DNA from: Felis catus
Taxonomy: Eukaryota
Direction: 5' to 3'
Length of the DNA stretch: 64,000 nt
NCBI RefSeq assembly: GCF_018350175.1
Contig: NC_058368.1
Span: forward strand, 108,068,001-108,132,000
The notes beneath the pieces were generated by a model, which saw nothing but the letters and a program-made list of their open reading frames with translations, was not told the origin of the DNA and did not search any database. The first letter of the stretch is position 1. Every line of letters starts with the position of its first letter. The translations under genes were made by a program, and so were the position numbers. Below are positions 1 through 12,429 of this stretch, one piece after another.

Positions 1-329
1 TCTCCCTTTCTCTCTCTCTGCCCATTGTGGGATTGTCTCTCTCTCTCTCTCTGCCCCTCCCTCACTTGCACCCTCTCTCTCTCAAAAAATGAATAAAATA
101 AAGTGATTAAAAAAAAAAGAAATTACTTTTTTGGGGGCACCTGTGTGACTCACTCAGTGTCTCACTTTGGCTCAGGTCATGATCTCATGGTTAATGAGTT
201 CGAGCCCCACATTAGGCTTGCTGCTTTCAGTGCATAGCCCACTTTGGATCCTCTGTCCCTCTCTCTTTCTGCCCTTCCCCACTTGTGCTCTCTCCCTCTC
301 AAAAATAAATAAAACATTAAAAAAAAAAA
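1..329 (+). mobile_element. Two tandem CanSINEs (3' part of one at 1-118; full copy at 133-329)
   Basis: (CT)n linker, A tails, tRNA-derived head; TSD-like aaaagaaattact on both sides of the second copy. Confidence 0.9.
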
Positions 330-790
330 GAAATTACTCTTTAACTGATAAATTTCATATGACCATAATAAGGTTTTTAGGGGCCTCTAAAGTACAGGAA
401 ATAAATCATGATCTCGATGTAGTTCTTTTTCAAGATCTGACAACTTCAATAAACTTAATGTTGTTATGGCACATTGATATCTAACATAGGGAACAAAGTC
501 AAGGATTTTATAATCAGTAAAGAAACATTACAGTGAAAAATAGTATACAGCATGTAAATCTGTATATATTTGTCCTAATGAAAGTGCTAGCAGTTACTTT
601 AGAAAAATTCTATTGTAGGGCACCTTTTGATTCCAAAGATTACCTAATAAGGTGAATTGGGTTAAGGGATTGAGTAATGAATATTTGACAGGTTTTCTGG
701 TTATTTACCACTTTCTGAATTGCTCATTTTGTTTCAGAAATTTCCATCTCAGTGAGTTCTAAATTTCCATTATAGAATCTAGAAAATTCA

Positions 791-1010
791 GGGGCTCCTG
801 GATGGCTCAGTCATTTAAGTGGCCAACTTTGGCTCAGGTCATGATTTCATGGTTCGTGGATTTGGGACCTACATTGGGCTTTATGCTAACAGCTTGGAGG
901 CTGGAGCCTGCTTCAAATTCTGTATCTCCCTCTCTCTCTGCTCCTCTCCTACTCATATTCTGTCTCTCTCTGTCTCTGAAAAATAAATAAACATTAAAAA
1001 AAATTTTTTA
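791..1010 (+). mobile_element. SINEC_Fc-type SINE
   Basis: Head ggggctcctggatggctcag; TSD agaatct(a/g)gaaaattca. Confidence 0.9.
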
Positions 1011-1063
1011 TAAGAATCTGGAAAATTCAGTTCCTTGGTTTTCTTTAAAGTTCAGGCATGGAA

Positions 1064-1255
1064 GGGCACCTGGGTGGCTCAGTCGGTTAAGCATCTGACT
1101 TTAGCTCAGGTCATGATCTCATAGCTTGTGGGTTTGAGCCTCAGGCTGTATGCTGACAGCTTAGAGCTGCTTCGGATTCTGTGTCTCCCTCTCTCTCTGC
1201 CCTTCCCCACTCGTGCTCTGTCTCTCTTAAAAATAAATAGATGTTAAAAAATAAA
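1064..1255 (+). mobile_element. SINEC_Fc-type SINE
   Basis: Perfect 18-bp TSD taaagttcaggcatggaa at 1046-1063 and 1256-1273. Confidence 0.92.
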
Positions 1256-1329
1256 TAAAGTTCAGGCATGGAATTTGACATAGGTGCAATACATTCACTC
1301 ATACTCAGAAATGAACTTGAGAAAAGATG

Positions 1330-3385
1330 GTTGGCATACAATCTGTTTTGCTGGCAGTAATGGCAGAGTCAATTTACTGATTCACAAGCGGCACTGGTGT
1401 GGTGGCAGAAGCAGATGTAGTAAAATTTAGTTTCCAGCAGCATCTGAAATGTAGCATCTTTTGTTCCATGGTGATAGAAGTGATGGCAGTTTCTTGTAGG
1501 GGCCAACAGGCAGCAGCAGTTTTCATCATCAAGCCAGTTTTGTGGTATGGATTTGTACATTGTTCCTGGAAGCTTAGCCTTAAGCATGCCTGATTCTTAA
1601 GCCCTTAGAATAATTGCATGAGTTAGACCAAAAACCTTTTTAATAAATGCCTTTTCTGCTTAATCAGCCAGAGTCAGCTTCTGTTACTTTTAACTAAGAA
1701 CAACAGAAGTAGTTACCAAAAGTGAGGCGCTGTGCTATTAGTTGAATGGAAGGCAAAGACACAGGTGGCTATGACTGTTATGGATCTCACCTTTACAGTC
1801 TTTAAGGCTGGTGGCCCTTGTTATGTAGTGATGAAACATGAGGTAAGTGCCTCGTAGTGTTTCTTGAAACACACCGAGTACCAGCTGAAGCTATAGGAAT
1901 AAGAGAAATAACCAGAATGTCATGGTGTTCTGGTTATATCTTCCTGCTTTCAGCAGAATATTGAAAAAGAGAATGAATGCCGATTAAGCTAGTTGCTACG
2001 AAGCAAAGATGGAAGGAAGTACTGTTTTGCTAAGGGCACTTTTCTGTCTGTGTCCTGATGGAGAATCCTATACTTTAGATTTAGAGTCTTGCAGTGTTGA
2101 AGATGAGAATTGCTCTTACCTACTAACACTATAGCCAATACAAGCCGGGGCTTTTGAGTTCTGACATGAAATAAGATCCTTGCCTCAAGCCTTTCTCATT
2201 TGTCAGGCAAAGATCATATATACAGTGCATTTACTCACTGGAGCCTATAGTTTTTCATTACTTTAAGAAATATGCATTAATCTAAGGATTGGGGAATGGG
2301 CAGAACGTAGAGGCCATTACCAAAGAATGAAAATCTTCATGCTTAAAAACCTATGACTACCTATACATGGAAGTGACTAGAAAAAAAAATAAATTTGGAG
2401 CTTATAAAGTTTTTAAATGAATTATATTGCCAAGAAACCCAAGTCTGGCTAGCTCACTTCAACTCTTAAGGCCATCCCTGGACCCTTGAACACATATCAA
2501 TAGCAAGTGGATTGTGAAAGCTTCACATTCTCAACGAAGAGGATCTTCCCCAGTATCCCACCTCTGGACAAGGATGCCCCTAGCATACAGAACCAGGAGC
2601 CTTGAAGAAGAGAGGACAGGAGAAGGTCTTTTAGTCTCCCACAAAACAGGATAGGTGCTGCCAGATTGGCTAACTAGGGAATATATCGCTTGGCAAAAGC
2701 AAGAAGTCCTTGCTCTTCCTGTCCAGCAGGATTTAGGATTTGCTGTGGTACAGTGACTGCTGTGTTTCCTATTCCAGTTTTTCATTGCTGTGTCTATACT
2801 ACCATGTGAGCCCTGGGTAGACCTAAGGGAAAGACTAGCACATCAGCCAGAAATACTTGGTTTAAACCTGGTGGATAAGACTTTGGGGGCTGTAAATTGA
2901 TATATTCTGTGTATGCACCAAAGGGTATATATTAATGTTGTGTAGACAGGAGAGTGGACCACTTGTATTCACTATCCATTCCTTCTTACTAGCTGAAAAC
3001 TTTTGTTCAGGGTGCAGTGTGCCAAGACAAAAAAAAAAAAAAAAGGTTATTTCTCAGGCGACAGGACACCTTTCTGGCCAACGTAAGCAGTTGTGTACTG
3101 GACGTTGCTTGCAAGAAAGCTATTGTTTTCCTGTTAAAAAATCATAAACCAACCTAGCACTCACCTTTTGCCCTTTTCCCTTCTCCTTGCCTGGAGAGCA
3201 GATGTGATGCCACAGCAGCAGTAAAGACAAAAACCACGCGTGAAGGATAGCACAACAGAAATGTAAAAAGAGCCTGGCTTCTTAGTGGTAGTGAAGACCC
3301 GTAGTAGCCCAGGACTGCCTTAATTCATATTTCTTGATATGTGAGAAAATTAAATCTCTTACTTTTTTAAACTACTGTTTGTTGT
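1330..3385 (+). mobile_element. ERVL/MaLR relic in the LYRM7 last intron: LTR40-like LTR, MaLR-internal-like sequence, MLT1J/K-like LTR
   Basis: LTR 3' end aataaatgccttttctgcttaatcagccagagtcagcttctgttac...actaagaac (about 1640-1700); MaLR-int-like start gaagtagttaccaaaagtgaggcgctg; second LTR at about 2936-3385 with MLT1-type motifs (ccaggactgcct...gtgagaaaattaaatctct). Confidence 0.6.
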
Positions 3386-3449
3386 ACTTGTGGTTAATGT
3401 CTTTTCCACCAGACTGTAGACTCTTTGAAGCTGAATAGGCTTTTTTTTT

Positions 3450-4490
3450 TAAATTGAAGTATAATTGACATATAACATTATTAGTTTCATTTCTACAACA
3501 TGATTCCATATTTGTACATATGGCAAAATGACCACCACAATAAGTCTAGTTAATGTTTGTCCTCTACATAATTACAAATTGTTTTTCTTGAGATAAGGAC
3601 TTTTAAGATGTACTCTTAGTAGCTTTCAAATACAGTATTATTGTTACCATGCTGTCCTGAAAAGACTATTATATATTCATCTCTGCATCTTCATTTCATG
3701 ATGTAATGTTCAGCATAAAATAGGCACATATATGTTTGATAAGTGAAACAATTTATTGCCATTGTTACTAAGTTAAAACCTAATCTATAATTTGCTCTCT
3801 GGTGATATCTCCCAAGATTTGGTAAAAGCAGATGAGATATAAAATATTTATTTAACTGGTTTTCATTTCAGTAAGCCACATTTACGACCTGGCTCATAAG
3901 AACATTATTTTTGGTTAGATCAGTTATATTTTCCTTTCAAATTAAATTTATTTTAGTGACACCTTTTAGAAATTTTTTTTTTAGTAATTCAAATTTACAG
4001 AAAAGATGCAAGAGAAGTTGAAGGGTATGGATACTTCCTTTACTGAAATTTCACAAATGCTAACATTTACCACATTTGCTTTATTATTCCTCCCTCATTT
4101 TTTTTCCTGGATGTTCTGACAGTACATTGCAGACATAATGCCTCTTTACCCCCAAATGATCATTTTTAAAATCATGATAGCCCACTAAGATTATATTTGG
4201 AGAAAGAGTGTATTTCTTAAAAATACTTTCATATATATTTGCTAAACTTGCAAGGAGATTCTCTTATAAAACCACAGTATAATTATCAAAACCACAATAT
4301 TAACATTGATACAACTGTATCATTTGCATGTTTTCATTTGTCCTAACTTGTCTTCCATAGCAGAAGAAAAAAATTTTCCTTCTGGTCTAGGATCCATTGA
4401 GGATCACACTATTAGCATTTAGTCACCATGTTTTTTAGTCTTTCTTAATCTGAAGCAGTTCCTCAATCTTTCTTTCTTTCATGACCATGA
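3450..4490 (-). mobile_element. LINE-1 3' UTR fragments (L1MA9/carnivore-like at 3450-3655; L1MC/ME-like at 3970-4490)
   Basis: Typical antisense L1 3' ends (aaattgaagtataattgacatataac; taattcaaatttacagaaaag). Confidence 0.7.
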
Positions 4491-4777
4491 TTTTTTTTGA
4501 GAGAGAGACAAAGACAGAGAGCACAAGTGGAGGAGAGGGGCAGAGGGGGAGAGAGAGAATTATTTCAAAAATTTTTTTAACATTTGTTTATTTTTGAGAG
4601 AGAGAGAGAAAGAGAGCATGAGCAGGGGAGAGGCGGAGACAGAGGGAGACACAATCTGAAGCAGGCTCCAGGCTCCATGCTGACACCACAGAGCCCAACA
4701 CGAGGCTTGAACTCACAAACTGTGAGATCATAACCTGAGCTGAAGTCAGACGCTTAACCAGCTGAGCTACCCAGGTG

Positions 4778-4830
<53 letters not shown>

Positions 4831-4985
4831 AGGGAGAGGGGAGAGAGAGAGAGAGACAAGTTTTAAGCAGCCTCCACCCTCAGCTTGGAGTCTGATGCAG
4901 GGCTCCATTCCATGACCCTGGGATCATGACCTGAGCTGAAATCAAGGGTTGGACGCTCAACCTACTGAGCCACCCAGGGGCCCCT
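4490..4985 (-). mobile_element. SINE nested in a SINE (younger copy at about 4570-4779 inside the (GA)n linker of an older copy)
   Basis: Two tails and two heads in nested order, with an expanded (GA)n at 4780-4855. Confidence 0.8.
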
Positions 4986-5182
4986 GACCGAGTAGGCCCC
5001 TGACAGAGTATACCCAAGTTATTTCATAGAAAGTGATGTGAGCATTTTTTTTTATCATGATACCTGAATTAACCTCTTCAGGGAAAAAAAGGGAAAATCA
5101 ATGATCTCAAAATTTTGGATCTCAGTTGACCTTCAGCAAGATATGTTACTGAAGACTCATATTTTTTGTTGTTGTTGTTTAA

Positions 5183-5335
5183 CTGTGTTTCTCAGTGGGG
5201 AACTGTTGACATTTTCAACAGGATAGTTCTTCACTGCACCAAATTGTCCCATACATCCCTGGCTCCTACCCACTAAATGCAGGCAGCATTCTTCAGTTGG
5301 TGTGACCACCCAAAACACCCCCATGTGAGAACTAC
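5183..5335. mobile_element. MER20-like hAT-Charlie MITE (internally deleted)
   Basis: ctgtgtttctca...tgttgacatttt...catccctggctcctacccactaaatgc...tgagaactact resembles MER20. Confidence 0.65.
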
Positions 5336-5727
5336 TATTCTGTAAAATTTAGGATCTTTAAATTAGAGAAACAGTCTTGCTTTTTATATAATAGGCATTT
5401 AAACAAATTTCCTGTTGATTATTTTAATTATCAGTAATGTGTCATCAGATAGGTGATAATGTGCTTTAGCCTAATTCTGTTCATGTAATTAGTTATATTT
5501 AATAAATGATAAAAGGTTCAGTTGATCATATATGTTTTAATATAATCTGAAATGAGAATTCTGTTAACAGTTTCCATTTAAAATCAAGGACTTCACCCTA
5601 GAAATTAACTCAAATATTTATGGAAGATCTACCTTAAAATTCAATATTTTACTGTTAAAAAGTTCAGGGGGAAATGAATGTATGTTCATTTTCATGATTT
5701 CAATTACTCTTTTTGTTTTTCTTTCAG

Positions 5728-5798
5728 AATTGGTCCCTAGGAAAGAACTCCTTATAGAAAATGTGCCGTACTGTGATGCACCAACTCAGAAAAAATGA
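5728..5798 (+). CDS. LYRM7: Terminal coding exon of LYRM7 (LYR-motif protein 7, mitochondrial complex III Rieske Fe-S protein chaperone)
   Basis: Acceptor ctctttttgtttttctttcag ends at 5727. The phase-1 exon translates (x)[27 protein letters not shown], matching the recalled human LYRM7 C-terminus [23 protein letters not shown]. No upstream exons were found in the window. Confidence 0.95.
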
Positions 5799-6610
5799 GT
5801 TTTCTAGGATAAACTCAAGCTTTGTAGTTTTTAATCTTAAATATATAACTCTGGCAAAAGTTTTGGAAATGGAAATATTCCTCTTAGAACTGGTCTGTTG
5901 AAAATGAATGAAGTGTTGCATCATAATTAAATTTCACATTAAAAGAACATTGCTGAAAACTGCAGAACATAGTTAAATTATTTCTAGACAGCATTAGATA
6001 AGAAGACCTGTAATTTGCATATAAAATCAAAGTTTATAAAGTAAAATGAACGCTTAGGGAGGCATGTCATACTCATTTCTCTTTGACCTTGATGAGTATT
6101 TTAGTCTCACCATAACTAAGAGTGCAGTGTTTTGACAAGTTGGTGGGTTTTCCTCCCATGTGAAATGAAACTGTTAGATTAAAATTATTAGATTAAATTT
6201 ATGATTAGTCCCACAAACCTTAAATTAGTAAAAAATCATAGCATATACCAACTCTCTATATAAAGTGGCCTTTGTTTCCTGTAAAGCATTGACATTATTT
6301 CTGTAATTATTCTAACAAATAATTATACACTTTCCTTTCAGAGATAGAGTATCTCTCTGTTCCTGTAAAGACATTTTTTTTCATAAGTCTTCTGAAGATA
6401 GATGAATAAAATATCAAAATCACCTAGGATCACTGTGGAATAAATCCGAATTTTTTTAGGAAGGAGTGACCCTTGATCAAACTATATAATATAGCCTTAG
6501 TAGAAATAGCTGTACTTAGACATAGCTAGACTTTATAATGAAAATGTAATACATGGTTCCATTCTTTCCATTTTAATCAATAAACTTAAATGGCTTTTTT
6601 TTCCCACATG
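5799..6610 (+). other. LYRM7: LYRM7 3' UTR (proximal part) with candidate polyadenylation signals
   Basis: AT-rich non-repeat sequence after the stop. ATTAAA at 5926 and 5938; AATAAA at 6405, 6439 and 6579, the last followed by a U-rich tract. The true 3' end cannot be determined. Confidence 0.6.
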
Positions 6611-6830
6611 TCCCATCCCTCCCTGACAAGATTGGGAATATCACAGAACAGTTTGTCATTGTACCCTCTAATGGTAGGAATTATAAAATTGTATTTAATA
6701 ATCTTCTTGTTTTTCTTTTATCTGTGTGTCTTTACCATTCTCTGTTCTTAGTGAACAGTGTGTTCTTTCCTAATTCCCTGATAAGTTTTCCCAATAACAA
6801 TACAGAGTTTTAAATTTTTGCAAGATTCTT

Positions 6831-7021
6831 TTTTTTCTTTAATATTTATTTTTGAGAGAGAGCACAAACAGGGGAGGGGCAGAGAGAGAGAGAGAGGGCG
6901 AGTGAGAATCCAAAATTGATTTTGCTCTGACAACAGGGCTCGAATCCATGAACTGTAAGATCATGAGCAGAGCTGAAACCAAGAGGCAGACGCTTAATCA
7001 ACTGAGCTACCCAGGCACCCG
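6831..7021 (-). mobile_element. CanSINE
   Basis: TSD aaatttttgcaagattctt on both sides. Confidence 0.9.
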
Positions 7022-7787
7022 TAAAATTTTTGCAAGATTCTTGATGCAAGCTTTGTTTGTTGGCAAAACATGGATATATCCATTCTGGATATGAAATGTT
7101 ACGTTTTAACGTAATTTAATTTTAAAACATAATAAAATAATTTAATTTTAGAAAATCAAAGATTTTTCTAAATTCCTTAAGACATACTTAACATTAAGCC
7201 ATCGACTATCCTTAATGCCTTCTAATACTTTTGAGGAGAGTAGTTAGTAGTCTGTGGAATGGTTTATACATGTCGAAAGATTTGCTATGTTAGTTTTTCA
7301 TCTCCCATGTATATTTGTTACTTATGTGGAAATTATACCTACATAAAAATAAAAGTTGTTTGCTATTTGAAATTTGCCTTTATAAAAGTATGCTGAAAGT
7401 TGTCATAATACCATCACTGGTAATTTGCCTGACTTACTACTGTTTCATTAAGTATATTATATATTTTAAGGAAAGTTGCCTGACCTAGGTTAATTTAACA
7501 TTTTAATTATTTCCGTATTATTGAACAGTTTTAGCAGTTCTTAGCTTTCTCTCTTTAATCTTAATTCCCTTGTTCAATTCTTCACTCACATTAATTTAAA
7601 TATCTCAACAGGGTTTTTTTTTAATAGTTAACATTAAGAGCAATAGAGGTTAATAATTCATAGGTTTATTTTATTAAAATAGTGGCTTTGAGATTTTCTC
7701 CAAGATACATGTTTTATTTAGATATATAAGAGAAAAGATCCTGTTTATATTAGCAAACAAAACTATAAAATAGAAATAGACTTTTTA

Positions 7788-7988
7788 GAGGTTCCTCGAT
7801 GGCTCAGTCGGTTAAGCTGCTGACTCTTGATTTTGGCTTGAGTCATGATCTCATGGTTTGTGAGATTGAGCTTTGCATTGGGCTCCGCACTGCAGCGCAG
7901 AACCTGTTAGGGATTCTCTATCCCGTCTCTGTCTGTCCTCCTTGAGCAGATAGTACACACTCTCTCAAAAATAAATAAATTAAAAAAA
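7788..7988 (+). mobile_element. CanSINE
   Basis: TSD gaaat(a/g)gacttttt. Confidence 0.88.
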
Positions 7989-8225
7989 GGAAATGGACTT
8001 TTTTTAAAAAAAGCTGTAACTTAAAAATGAAAGATATACTAGGTTCCTAGATGGGACAATTGAAAATTATGGAAGTGAACAGTTCTTTAAATGTTACCTA
8101 TCAAAATCCCCAAAGATTGGAAGTCTGTCTAAATTATATAACTTGTACACTCTGTGAAAGCTACTATAAATAAAGTTTACAGAAGATAATTGCTACCAAC
8201 ATAATGATTAAAATAGTTAAGATGT

Positions 8226-8403
8226 GGGGCGCCTTGGTGGTCAGTCAGTTAAGCTTCAGACTTCAGCTCAGGTCATGATGTGGCAGTTTGTGAGTTCAGA
8301 TACCATGTCAGGCTCTGTGCTGACAGCTCAGAGCCTGGAGCGTGCTTCAGATCTGCCTGTCTGTCTCTGTCTCTCTCTCTCTCTCAAAAGTAAACATTAA
8401 AAA
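8226..8403 (+). mobile_element. CanSINE
   Basis: TSD atagttaagatgt. Confidence 0.88.
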
Positions 8404-9001
8404 GATAGTTAAGATGTAAATGTTCCTATGACTCAGTAAAAGATAACTCAGTGGAAAATGATCAAATGATATAAATTAAAAGTTCACAGAAGAAGAAATA
8501 TTAAGCCTCACTAGTGATCAGAGAAATGTAAATTAAAACAAAACGAAACAATTTTGTTCATCAAATTTGCAAAAGCTAAAGAAGCTCAAGATACCCAATA
8601 TTTTTAAAGGTCATAGAGTGTGAGGAAATGGGCAATCTCATATTTCTGGAAAGAATGTAAGTGATAGGGCTTTTTTGAAAGGAAAATTGACATCAAAATT
8701 TAAAATAAATATATTGTTCAGTCTTTATGTCAATAGCACACAAGAGTGCTAATAAATGAATACTCAGATATATTTACAGAAATTTCTGTAACGTTTATAA
8801 TTAAAAAAAATTGATAATAGCCTAAATTTCCAAACTTGGGGTGGGGAATTAAAGGAAATAGAGTTCTGGGATACTACACAGCAGTTCAAAAATTGATGCA
8901 AAATATATATATTGTCAACTGAAAGAAGCAAGTCACAATATATGTTCTCTATGAATCCATTTACATACAAAAGAACTACTTTGCACAGGTTTGTGCGTAT
9001 A

Positions 9002-9242
9002 TAATAAAATCTTGGGTTGCGAGTAACTTGTTCTGTGAGTGTTCCAGAAGACGAGCAAACATTTCTAATAAATACTAACTTGATAAACGAGCAATGTCCT
9101 GCAGTATGTGTAGTACATGATGCCGAATGTCACATGATCACAACTGAGCCGATGGTTCTTGAAATTCACTTACATATACAAGTGCTTTGGATTATAAGCA
9201 TGTTTCTGGAATGAATTATACTTGTAAACCAAGGTTTTACTG
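9002..9242. mobile_element. Tigger2-type carnivore MITE (TcMar-Tigger)
   Basis: Degenerate TIRs taataaaatcttgg...ccaaggttttactg flanked by TA. Confidence 0.75.
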
Positions 9243-9283
9243 TATATACAAATGAATAGAAATATACATGCTTAATGTTACTA

Positions 9284-9591
9284 CAGTTGACCTTTGAACA
9301 ACAAGGGCTTGAACTGCACAGATCCACTTATACATAGACTTTTTTTTATAGAGTACAATACTATAAATGTATTTTCTTGTCTTTATGATTTTCTTAATAT
9401 TTTCTCTAGCTTTTTTTTTTAAAGAATACAGTATATAATGCCTGTATAAAATATGTGTTAATCAACTGTTACTGTTAAGGCCAACAAGTAGGCTATTAGT
9501 TATGCTTTGAGGCATATCAAAAGTTATACGTGGATTTTTGACTGCACAAAGTTCAGTTCCCCTAACCCCCATGTTGTTCGAGGGCCAAGTG
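9284..9591. mobile_element. Tigger1a-type carnivore MITE
   Basis: TIRs cagttgacctttgaacaac...gttgttcgagggccaagtg with TA TSD at 9282 and 9592. Confidence 0.85.
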
Positions 9592-9739
9592 TAGGTAGGT
9601 AAGAAAATGAGATTTGATGAAAGGACTGATAAATTGAGGATTTTTATTAGGATAACTCTTGCATGTTTAAATATTTTTTACAGTGAGTGTATCAATGTAT
9701 AATTTTTAAAGGACAGTACTTAAGCTGCTAGTGATTTAT

Positions 9740-11490
9740 TTAAAACTTAATTATGAGATAGTTCAGATATCAGCATCTAGTGTATGAGACACTCATGAGC
9801 CTAATTCCCACATTTGACAGATGTTAACATTTTGCCATATTTGTTTAAAGAGCTCCTTCCTTGTGAGTCACAAAATCTTAAAAAGTTAAAGTCCCACCTC
9901 TCTTTTCTTTCGCCTGTCTCTTTTCAGGTATAATTACTGTTTTACAGTTCATGGATATCATTCCCATACTTGTTTTTATACTTTTACCAAATGTGCATGT
10001 GTTCAAAACAATATATAGTGTTGTTTTGTGGTTTTAAAATGAAAATAAATGGTGTTATACTTTATGTGTTCTCGAGCTTATTTTCATCATACATGAGGTT
10101 TTAGAGATTATTTTAAAAATTTTTTTATATGAGATCTATTTTGTTGCATAAATAGCTAGGTCTTTTACTTTTATGTCTTATTCCATTGTAAGAATAAACT
10201 AGTTTATCCATGTCTCTTGATGAACAGTAGTATTGTTTTGTTTTTTGATATTGCAAACAAATTTACCAAAGATTCCAGCATGTGGATTTTGCACCCAAAG
10301 TTTACCTGAATATACACAAGGAAACAGAACCTTTGAGTCATAGGGTATGTACATATTCAATTCTTGCTAGAATTTTTAAATTGTTCTTCTTCTTTTTTTT
10401 TTTTTTAATGTTAGAGAACACAAGCAGGGGAGAGGGGCAGAGGAAGAGAGAGAGAATTTTAAGCAGGCTCCACACTTAGCATGGATCCCAGTGGCAGGGC
10501 TCGATCCCACATCCCTGGGATCATGACCTGAGCCAAAATAAAGAGTTCGTTGCTCACCTGACTGAGCCACCCAAGTAACTCTTAAATTGTTCTTTAAAGT
10601 AGTTGTACCACTTTATATTCCAGTCAACACTGTATGAGAAGCCCCATTTTTCCATATCTTCACTGTTAGTGTTATATAGGACTTTTCACATTTTTGTCAA
10701 ATATTTGGATATGAAATGGTATCATTTTTTTTTAAGTTTATTTATTTTCAGAGAGACAGAGTACGAGTGGGGGAGGGCAGTGAGGGAGGGAGAATCCAAA
10801 GCAGGCTCCATGCTGCCTCACAGAGCCTGGTGAAGAGCTCGAACCCACAAAACCCTGAGATCATGACCTGAGCCAAAACCAAGAGACAGCCGCTCAACCG
10901 ACTGAGCCACTCAGGTGCCCCATGAAATGGTATCATGTTTTAATTTGGATTTCTGTATTACTGGTGAGATCATCTTGTACTTACTGGTCGTTACAGTTTT
11001 CCTTTTTGAATGTGTGTTCATATCCTGTGTCCTCCTTTTTCTTTTGGATTGTCTGGCTATTTCTCACTAATCCTTTTTATATGTTCTGGGTACTAATCTT
11101 GTGTTTGTAATCTGTAAATGCTTTCTTCCATAACGTGACTTGCATTTTAACACTGTTTATCATCAACCTGTATTATGGGAGTTTATTTTAGTGTATCCAT
11201 TTTAAAAGATTTTTTATTAATTTTGCTTTTGTACCTTTTTAAGTAATATTTTATACTCCATAGGCATAAAGATGTTCTAAAACATTTTCCTCTGAACATT
11301 AAGGTTTTGCTTTCTGTATTTGGGACTTAATGCCATCTAGAATTTATTTTTATTTATATATGAGGGAGGGATTTAGTTTTACCTTTTTTATGGGAAAATT
11401 TTGCCTCAGGATCATTTATTGGATAGCCCATCCTTTTTCTGATTACGTGTAAAAGAACTTTGATCATATCTCAAGTTACAATATATTAGA
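9740..11490 (-). mobile_element. Old L1 (L1ME-like) fragment interrupted by two SINEs (10394-10581; 10725-10921)
   Basis: Antisense L1 ORF2/3' motifs. SINE TSDs ttaaattgttctt and atgaaatggtatcat. Confidence 0.7.
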
Positions 11491-11974
11491 ATCATTTAAG
11501 GACATAGCTATTTACAGACTTGGTTTCTACAATTATCCCTCTTCTCCCCCAAATCTCCCCCCCCCCCCCTACTGGATTGTTCTCAATGGCATTCAACATT
11601 CCGGAATATTTCCTTTGTTAAAAAAAAAAAACTTTATTGAACCCACCTCTGCCCTCGAGCTTCAACACCACCTTTTTCTGCAGTTTTTACTAAGAAAAAA
11701 CTGTCCTTATCAGCACTTCTCTCCCCATTCTATCTTATACAGACCCCACTCAAGGCTTAATCCCTACCACTGCAATCAAACCCTTCTTGTCCCAGTTACT
11801 GGTGACCTCCACTTAGAAGTCCAAAGGTCAATTTTTAGTTCTTATTTTATTCATCCTCTCAGTAGCAATTGGCATAATCAATCATTCCCTCTTTTCTGAA
11901 CAGAGATCTAGACACTCATTTACTATAAACCTATTGTATGATACAAACATGGACCCAAGTAACAAAAATGCCTG

Positions 11975-12410
11975 CCTTGTCTTCTATTTGTTATTTTAGA
12001 TCCACTCTCAGCCTTTCTTGACCCTGGTCTCAGCCTCCTCTGTGAGGACTGACTGTGTAAACCAACTCCAAGTGGCTTCTGTTCTTTGACTTTTGGTTGG
12101 TTCGGCTAATGGGGGATGCTGGCAGGATATCAGGAGGGAGGAAAATGAGGGCAGTTATTTATCTTTCTGACTGTATCCCTGAGAAGTTGCCTCAGGCTGT
12201 ACTATCCTCAAAGCTTCTCTCAAGGTGGGTTCTGTACAGTTCTTGCCTTCCAGTTTGCATAAGAGCTTCCCTTTCCTTTTCAGGCCTGGGGTTGCAACAG
12301 CTTATCTGTTACTATCCACATGGGTTCCCCTACACTCATAGTTTTATAAATAGTGACTTTACATGTAAATCTTTCTCAAACTGCCATATTTTTTTTTTCA
12401 AACTGCCATA
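11975..12410 (+). mobile_element. LTR33-like ERVL solo LTR
   Basis: ttggttcggctaatggggg...caggcctggggttgcaacagc...tataaatagtgactttac resembles LTR33. Confidence 0.6.
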
Positions 12411-12429
12411 TTTTAATTCACTAATTCAC

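Noticed and set aside
1..5727. Further LYRM7 coding exons
   Set aside because: I found no sequence encoding the expected upstream peptide (...IGSDVELLLRT...), so it must lie before the window.
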